A stretch of 64,000 bases of DNA from Octopus vulgaris (lineage: Eukaryota). Of this stretch, positions 55,200 through 64,000 are shown piece after piece. The notes beneath the pieces were generated by a model that did not search any database, had not been told where the DNA came from, and was given only the letters and a program-made list of their open reading frames with translations. The stretch's first letter is position 1. Every line of letters begins with the position of its first letter. The DNA is taken from positions 83,576,001-83,640,000 of the forward strand of contig OX597831.1 in NCBI GenBank assembly GCA_951406725.2, written 5' to 3'. Made by a program: the position numbers and the translations under genes.

Positions 55200-57000
55200 A
55201 ATTGTTACAAATAAAATTCCTACAATGCCAAGAGCCTTCCTAAGTATCTTGTGTGTCCCTAATAATACTGTTTTCTGGAGCTGCACTAAATTAGGTTTTA
55301 TGCCTGTTTCAAATTTTCAAGAAAAATTTGTAATGCACTTACAACTACAGGGATACATTTCACCAGCACTTTCCATAGTCTCTGTAACTCAATCACTAGA
55401 TCCTGGTACTTTGATATTTTCACTGTACCTCTCATATTCACTTTTTCATCGTCTTGGGCTGTAAAGTCAATTACCTGACACTTTCTATTCTTTTTGTCCA
55501 CTACTGCTGTTAGTTTCTATTAGTCTGTCAGTCTCAATGTTAAAATCACACATCTTATATTTCTTTCTAGTACTTTATTAGGTTCATGTTCATACTATTT
55601 ATCAGTATGATCAAATCCTAGCTTTCTACATAATACTCAGTGGATTATTCTCCCTAGGTTGTCATGTCTTTTCTAGTATTCCTTCAGTACCACTATACAA
55701 TATTCACTAACTAGCTTACAACGGGAATCTACCTGATTTTTTTTGTCTATCTTGGCTTTTATCCAGTTAGTCCTAAATGCCTGATCCTATGCTGCTACTA
55801 ACAGCCTTCCTTTCTGTAACCACAACTATGTCTCACTACTACTATTTTCTGCAACTATCTTTAAAAATCTAACATGCAAAACTTTTTCTTGCCAGTCAGA
55901 TAATCTTGCTTCTTTTTCATGGTTTTCACTACATTTGGTGTTTTGGTTTCCCTATCTCCTACTGTTATACTAGCAGCTCTTAATAAATTTTCTCTTTATT
56001 ACCTACATAGGGGGCTATATCTACTCTAGTTAACTCCATACAGTCTTCCATTGATATTAAACCTCTACCGCCTTCCTTTCTAAGTAAATATAGTCTTGCT
56101 ACTCCTGATCTAGAATGAATTCCTCCATTCATAATGAATTCTTTCCTAGTTCATCTGTCTAGATTTCCCAATTCCAATTTTGTTCAATCTACAAAAGCTG
56201 CTGAATATCTAAATAACGATGCTGCCCAAGTATTTACAGCCTTCACTAGATTCAGACCGTTTAGCTTTGATTTCATTAACTTACTCATTCTTCTCTACCA
56301 TTTCTATAGTTAGTACTCTGTAAGATTCTAACACTCCTGCATACCTATAACTTCCTCCTTTCAGCATTTTTAATGTTTGGCCATCTGGTAACTGAATACC
56401 TTCACTACTGACTACCTGTCTCTCTTTTATAACTAATATTGCACACTTATTTATACCATATTCCATAACTATATCTTTGCTGAAGAGTCTTGCACTTGGA
56501 ATTAAAGAATCTATTTTTTATTTTTACTAAAAAGTTTTCGATCGTCCATGTAGAGAAAATGGTTAATATCCTGCCTTTGCTTTGCTTAATACTAAACTGG
56601 TATTAAACTGGTTAACACAAATATCAAAGGGGATAAAGAGATTCCCTGGAAAATTCCCCCCAACATTAACTTGCCCTAATGTTGTGTCACCTGAGTAGAG
56701 ATCTACTTTCCATTTCTTTATGCTATTAAGCTAATTAACTCTCTTATATTGTCTGCAATACTGAATTAACTCAAACATTCACTTATCCACTTATCACAGC
56801 CTATCTTATACTCTATCTTATACTCTATCCATGTTATTGTTTTCCCTTGTAGCCTCTTCCTTGGCTTCACTTATATCCTTTATCCATCTTACTTCATTCT
56901 GGTTTTTGTGTTGTTTAGCTATTTTACTTTTTGGTCTTTCTTTTTTAGTTCCCTTGCAAAATCTTCTAACTCTAATTCTGCCATTCACTTATTTCCCTTA
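55200..57000 (-). mobile_element. Decayed R4/Dong-like LINE
   Basis: GIFQG, INHFLYMDD, MEYGINKCA, KISKYQDLVIELQRLW motifs; (TTA)n at ~55165. Confidence 0.8.
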
Positions 57001-57027
57001 ATAGCATCAGACTGGTCCACTAGTCTC

Positions 57028-57863
57028 TGCTGGGCAAAGTTCAGAGAGCTGCTACCTCTGCTGGTAACAAAGGGTGTCTCACTCAGAGTGAATGGCAGAC
57101 TGTATGATGCATTTATGTAACAGCCATATAGCATGGCAGTGAAAGATGGGCTGTGGCTGCCAAGGACATGCATAGGCTTGAAAGAAATGAAGACGACAGA
57201 GTGTAACAGTCTTGAGAGAAGCATCTTGGGCATAATAGGCATCAGATGTGGTGTGCAAGAGAGACAACTGTGCTGGTATGGTCATGTGTTGCATATGGGT
57301 GAGGACAGCTGTGTGAAGAAGTGTCACACCCTAACAGTGGAGGGAACCTGTGGAAGAGATAGACCCAGGAAGACATGGGATGAGGTGGTGAAGCATGACC
57401 TTCAAACATTCGGCTTCAGAGGCAATGACAAGTGACCGAGACCTTTGGAGATATGTGCTTGAGAAGACCCGGTTAGCCAAGTAAGATCGTATCCGTGGCC
57501 AATGCCAGCACTGCATAACTGGTGTATTTAAAAGTACTCTTCAATCATCGGGCAATATGTTGTTCTTGAGAAAACCTGTTGAGTCAAGTGAAATCGTTGT
57601 CAGTACCACCTGTGCCAGTGGCACATAAAAAGCACCATTTGAGCATGGTCAATGCCAATGCCGCCTGGCTGGCTCCTGTGCCAGTGGTACATAAAAAGCG
57701 CCCACTACACTTTTGGAGTGGTTGGTATTAGGAAGGGCATCCAGCTATAGAAACCTTGTTGGAACAGATTGGAGCCTGGCACAGCTTCCTGGCTTGCCAG
57801 TACTCAGTCATACTGCCCAACCCATGCCAGCATGGAAAGTAGATGTTAAAAGATGATGATGAT
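57028..57863 (+). mobile_element. 5'-truncated RTE LINE
   Basis: WAKFRELLPLL, WYGHV, RPRKTWDEVV; (GAT)n tail. Confidence 0.88.
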
Positions 57864-57958
57864 TTTCTGTAACCTCCTACTTTGGGCTAAATTTCCCAAG
57901 TAACACTGCATTACTACTTTGTTCTCTTCACTTGTCCATTTTCATTATTATTATTATT

Positions 57959-58506
57959 GAGAGAGAGAGCAGTACGTGTCATCAAAGTGACACTGGGGTA
58001 AAATATATGAAGTCCAGTATACCCATCATGACTACCTGTCTGATAAGGGTATGCCAGGCACATGCATCACAACCATATGTGCGTGACATGGTGATCTCAT
58101 ATCAAGATAAAGAGCGCATGACCTTGCAGGTGGGGCCCAGTTAGAATTTTCTTCAGATTGAGTTGCCTATCCCAAAAGATCCCTGAATAAAGTTTGTTTA
58201 AAGATGCTGAATGAAATACCCATATTTCCAGAGGTGAATAATTCAAACTCCAAAGAATCCCTCTCAACACATGGCTATGATGCTCCCCCACTACTTCTGC
58301 TCATGATCAGAGATGCACACATCGTCAGCCAATAAGGGACATGCTCAACTGGTTAAGGTCAAACAACTGACAAGCAAATCTGTGGTATTGAGCAGAATAT
58401 TTGCTGTAGGCCATCTTTTATACCAAAACAAAACAATGTACATGATAACACTTCCAATCAGTTAAGATCAGAAGCCATGAGAGCCACTGCCTGGTGCTGC
58501 ATCAGA
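57959..58506 (-). mobile_element. Non-autonomous element flanked by (TTA)n
   Basis: Same family as 9932-10210; its terminal sequence resumes at 60556-60580 beyond the hAT insertion. Confidence 0.7.
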
Positions 58507-58514
58507 GTATAGCC

Positions 58515-60547
58515 CAGGCACGTAGGTACGGGGGTTATGGGGTGCTCAGCACCCCCAGTTAGAATCTCAGCCCCTCCACTCCAGTATGAGAATTTGTTTT
58601 ATCCACTTTTGAAATAATACCTTGTTGCCACCTTCTTTTTTCTCATAAGCAATATCTAAAGTTGCTAAAGATGCAATAAATTGAATTTCTTTTGATTTGG
58701 TAGTTAGTGATCTGAAAATGTGGGTAAATTAGAGCTGGTCAAAATGTTTGTTGTAGCTGTAATTGTTGTCATAGAATTAGCTGCTGACCCGGTCATCAAC
58801 TGTGGGTTGAATTAAGGAGTGGGTGATACTGGGTCAGTTGTTTTTATTGTTGCTGCTTTTATTGGTTTTTATTGGTGCTCGTGGTGGCGACGGCAGCGGT
58901 GCTGGTGATTATCCTTGTTGCTGTTGAAAAGTATGTGAAGAATTGTTGCTGTAGTTAGAGATTTATGGTAGTAAACGCATCACTACACATGTATATATAT
59001 GAAGAGTCAAATAAAAGTCATTTTATTTCTAAAGGAAAGAAAATTTTTGAAATTTCCCAAAATATTTTTTCAGAAAGTATTTTTCAGAACTTTCACTGAA
59101 TAATTTTTCTTACTCTTTGAACAAAGTTTATGCAGAAATTATTTTGTGTTTAACTAAAAAAGCATAACTTTGAAGAAATTGAAAAAAAAAATTGCTTGAA
59201 CCAAAATCTCTTTTGAATTTAATTTTAAAATACATAAATTTTAAGAAATTGTTACTCTTACAACGATAGTTTACCTTAGAATTAATTATTGCAAATATCA
59301 GTGCCTCAAAATAATGAATCACTACCGAAAAAGCAAACTGAAACAATCATTGCTGAATTTCCAATCTGATTCATCTAATAACGCTTAGCAGAAGTGAATT
59401 GCAAACAAAGTTTCGCAGCTCAAGGGAGGTCTTGCAAAGTCTTTGACACTCTCATTGGATGATCTAGGACAGGTCGACTGCCAACCAGTGCAGCCAGTTC
59501 TAGCAAAGTTTGATCCAAAAATTTCATGGAAATCAGAGACGTGACTTCTCGTCAAGCTGGTCAAATTGGTCGTTTATGGTTAGAGTATTCTCTTTCAAAG
59601 AAAGCCTTGTCTTGTTTTGCTTGTCGGCACTTTAATTCTTCTGCTCAAGATGATATTTGTTTTATTAAAAATGGATATTCTTATTGGCATCATGCAAAAG
59701 ACAAAAAATCAAAGGTTTAAATAAGCACGCAAACTCTGCATCCCATATCCAAGCTATGGTAACATGGAAGGAACGCCAACAGTGTTTATCCACAACAACA
59801 TCCGTGTCTTCAATCTTGCAAAATGTCTTCAATCAGTTGAGCAAAAACCATTATTATATCAGTTCCATTGTTGATATTGTTCATTTTCTTTGTGCAAACA
59901 AATTGCCTTTTCGAGGAAACAAAAATGAAGCTTTTCAGGATCTTTATTCGGAAGATGATACGTAGCCTTGTGGTCTTTTTGTGAAATTATTCCAGTACAC
60001 ATTAGAGAAAAACTCAGAGCTAATGGAATGTTACAGCACGATTCCAAAAAAAATGCGACCTCAGCAGCAATGCAAAATGAAATCATTGAATTGTTGAGAA
60101 GACCTAGTCAACCTCGTGGTCGATGTTTATTTGAAATTATATAAAAATGATGTTTAAAGATTTGACTGTTATCTCTAGCATGTAGAAAGACCTTTTCATC
60201 TTAACTATGTGCTTGTTGAAAATCATTAAAAAAAATATTGGAGTCGATACATTCAACTAAAAATTTTTCAAGGTGATGCCCCTGCATGGCCTCAGTTTAA
60301 TGATTGCAACAAGTAAAATGAAAATAAAAACGAAATATATGAGAAGTTTTAACCAGGTTAGACATCATGAAATGTCAAAAAAAAACAACAAAAAAAACAT
60401 AAAAAATAACCGAAAAATCGAAAAATATATGCAAGGGGCTTTTGTCCACTTTCCCACTTTAAGTAGGAGCTTTTGTCTGTACACCTGTTCAGCACCCCCA
60501 GCTATCAAGATAGCACCCTCAGTTGCAATCAGCTGGCTACATGGCTG
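58515..60547 (+). mobile_element. hAT transposon (deleted, ZMYM1/DUF4371-type transposase remnant)
   Basis: 8-bp TSD gtatagcc at 58507-58514 and 60548-60555; TIRs caggcacgtag / ctacatggctg; WLEYS....CFAC..F, LNKHANSASH, LPFRG motifs. Confidence 0.9.
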
Positions 60548-60596
60548 GTATAGCCACTGCCTGGTACTGCATTAGGGCATTATTATTATTATTATT

Positions 60597-63500
60597 TCCT
60601 TCTTTCTTCAAACTTTCTTCCGTTTCTCGCCGTGTGTTTTCCATACACCTAGGGCAGAGAAGCTCATTGTATGCATTCCCAGATTACACATGCAAATTCA
60701 CAGGTAAAATATGTATTTAAAAAATAAATAAACAAATAAATTCATGGATGGATGTTGGTTTTCACAGCAGTAATGCTCTTCTCAGTACATGAGCTGTTCC
60801 AGTTAATACAATTTTTTGCACTTCCTGTAGGGATGGTAAGCCTGGTATCATTTTCAAATAGATTTCAGTACCTTTTTTTTATCATTCTTAGAGATCCTAC
60901 AATCACTGGTACAATCACTGGTCGCTTTGAGATCCCACGTTTTTTCAATTTCTATTAGCAAGTCTTTATATTTTCTGAGCTTGTCAAATTCTTTCGCCGA
61001 GATATTATGATCACAGGGGATGCTCATGTTGATCAATAAGCAAACTTTATTGTTTTGGTCTTTCACAACAATATCCGGTTTATTGGCTTTGATGGTTCGG
61101 TCTGTATGTACTGGAAAGTCCCTCAGAATCATTATATTTTCTCCTTCAGTTACAGCTTCAGGGTGGTGATTATGCCACATGTCAGCAGTTGTGATATTGT
61201 AATGCCGACTTATTAGCCAGTGTAGATATTGGCCAACTTTGTCATGTCTTAATTTATACTCCACTGGTACTAAGACTTTACATCCAGAGATTAGGTGGAC
61301 CACTGTTTCAATCGTGTCGTTGCAGAATCTGCATTTTGGGTCTGCTCCATTTTTCATCACATTGGCCTGGTGGTTCCAGGTTAATAGGCTTTGATCTTGA
61401 GCAGCCAGGATGAAACCTTCGCTCTCTGCTTTTAGCCCTGAGCTCCGTAGCCACTGATGGGTTTGCTTCTGGTCAACATCAGCTTGTTTGCTACGGGCCA
61501 CATATTTACCGTGCAGAGGTTTCTCCTCCCACTTATCAGCCAATTGCTCGTGCGCTTTTTTCATTGCCATCATTTTCACCTTCTTTGCAACAATAGTTGC
61601 CGTACTTCCCTCGGGTTGTTCAGTTTGGGTATCCTGCACGAGATCAATAGCAAATTTTTTGCTTTCCTTTATGATAGAATGAAGCTTCTTTCGTCTCAGA
61701 TTTTCCAGCCATTCGATATTTCAAGATATTTGGCCAGTCCAATTGTGGTTGTTTTGTAAGCTAGTTCAAATTGGATCAGGCCTCGACCTCCTTGGGCTCT
61801 GGGGAGGTAAAGGCGATCTACATCTGCCTTTGGGTGGTGCATCCTATTACAACTCAGCAGCTTGCGTATTTTCCTATCTATTTTCTTTACTTCACTCATA
61901 TTCCAGTTCAACACATTGTAGCTATAAGTAACAACTGGAACTGCTAAGGAATTTATAGCTAACACCTTGTTACGGGCATTTAGTTCAGATTTCAGGACTG
62001 CCCGAACTCTCCTATAACATTCCTTCCTGATCTTCTCTTTCATGCTTGCATGCTGAATACCAGAGCCTTCATTTATCCCTAAATATTTGTAAGTTTGTTC
62101 TTGCTCAAACTCTCTTATGACTGTGTCAACATCTAACACGACTGAATTTGTGGTCTTCACTTTCCCTTTCTGGAAAGTGGCCTTGGCACACTTCTCAAGC
62201 CCAAACTCCATCCCGATGTCATCACTGAATGCTTTCACGGTGTGCAATTCAAGTTCATTATCGTCTTTACCATAGAGTTTTAAGTCATCCATATAAAATA
62301 GATGGCTTATTTTTTATTGACAATTTTATACCCATACTCTGTTCTGTTTAATTCACTTTTAAGGGGTATTAGGGCTATGCAGAATATTAGAGGTGAAAGT
62401 GAGTCACCTTGAAAAATGCCACAGTTGATGTTTATATTCTCTGAGGCAAGTACTCCATTAGAGTTGTATAATTGGAGATTCGTATTCCACAACGACATAT
62501 TATGCTTCAGGAAGCTTGAAATAACAGGGAAATTTTGAAGATGTCCAGTGATTTCAAGATCCATGAATGCGGTATCCTGTCGAAGGCCTTTTTATAGTCA
62601 ATCCATGCGGAGCTGAGATTTCTGCGCTTGTGACAGTTCTCAAGGATCATACGATTAATTAGCAGTTGATCTTTGTATCCGTATGAGCCTCGGCGGCACC
62701 CTTTTTGTTTAATGGGGAAAATATCGTTCTTCTCCATGAATGCATATGTTTTCTCCGCCAGGATAGATGTTAGGATTTTATACGTGGTGGATAAACAGGT
62801 TATAGGCCGATAGTTATTTGGAAGTTTGGTTTTGTTATTCTTTGGGAGTAGGTAAGTAATACCACTTGCTAACCATTCAGGTGTTTTCTTTGGGTCTCTC
62901 ATAATTCCATTGAGCAGCTGAACTAGCTTATCGTGTGCGCATGGGAGCGATGAGAGCACCCTATCTTTACTGGGGGATTTCCAATTATGGGCCTTCATGA
63001 GTGCCTTTCTTAGGTCTGCTATTGTGATGTCTTCCCATGCTTGTTGTTGTAAATTTTGGTAGGATCCGTCTGTTTGTATAGTCCAGTTTGCATTTATGTT
63101 GTACGTCTTCTCGTCACTCCAAATCCTTTTCCAAAAGTTTTGAACTTCTTCCATGGGAGGGGGGTCTTTAACGGTTACTTTCTCCTTCCCGATTTCTCTG
63201 TAGAATTTTTTGGCATTGGATGTGAACAGCTTATTTTGCTTGTAAAACTTGTTTCTCTTCTCAAATCTTCGTATTCTTTGGGCTTTTGCTTGGACTTTGT
63301 GTTCCAGCGTTTCTTTTATTGATATCAGTTCTTCTCTTGGTGAGGATCCAAATTTTCTCTTCATCTTTCTTCCTGTTCTGGATCTTGCATCATTTCCACA
63401 TATTAGTTCATTTAATATTGATATTTCCCCTCTCATAAATTCAATCTCTTTTTCAATTTTACTTCTCCAGGTTTGGTTTTCTTTGTTTTTTCGGGGGCAT

Positions 63501-64000
63501 ACAGCTGGTTTCAATTGCCCTAACAGAAGCGTAAATAATTTCATTTAACTCAGTAAAATCAGGTTTTAATTCTTGTATTATTTCATTTGTTACATAGTTG
63601 CCAATTTTGATTTGTTTTCTATATTGGTTTGTATTTGAGAGTTTATGAAGTGGTTCTCTATTATTCATACTTGTATGTCTTACAACTTCAAGCGTATTCA
63701 GGATTTTCTGCCACATTTCTGCCATAGACTCTCTGTGTTCTTCAGCAAATGTGAGATCTTCAGTTACTATTGTTTTTATCTTTTTCCTGACTATCTTTAA
63801 CAGGTTCAATAGAGTTTCTTGTATCTTCAGGCCTTTGCGTACTTTGGTCAGATGGCAGTCTTTCAATTAAGCCTCATAGCGGGCTATTCTGTTCATCTGT
63901 GTCTTATATTTATGTCATTTTCCGTTGCGTGCTTGATCGCGCTTATTTCACTGTCTGTGAGTCTGTTATTTCTAAGGATATCCCTCCTCACATTTGCCAA
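60597..64000 (-). mobile_element. R4/Dong-like non-LTR retrotransposon (RT and restriction-like endonuclease), frameshifted
   Basis: NYRPITCL, QKG, WIDYKKAFD, GIFQGDSLSP, YMDDLKLY, GGRGL, CRFC....ETVVHLISGC, RHD, KPDIVV, K..KY; 3' end abuts (AAT)n; runs off the window. Confidence 0.93.

Overview
AT-rich, repeat-dominated eukaryotic DNA. The SINE families and microsatellite load resemble an octopus/coleoid cephalopod genome (inference). Most long ORFs in the track are microsatellite artefacts. The only well-supported host gene is the 3' end of a calpain-5 (Tra-3)-like gene on the minus strand: two spliced C2-domain exons at 54049-54182 and 48593-48799. Two orphan exon-like segments lie at 23080-23249 (+) and 41664-41779 (-). 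The rest is nested transposable elements: APE-type LINEs in (TA)n tracts, including a scrambled but reconstructable element whose ORF1 has a Myb/trihelix-like domain and a CCCH finger; RTE LINEs; restriction-like-endonuclease R4/Dong-like LINEs next to (TAA)n; Penelope remnants; mariner, hAT and Chapaev3-like DNA transposons; and SINEs. The least obvious signal is a dispersed set of hammerhead-ribozyme motifs in small palindromic or direct-repeat elements. One lies in sense orientation in the last calpain intron, and one sits in a ~505-bp retrozyme-like unit. Boundaries of decayed elements are approximate and read by eye.
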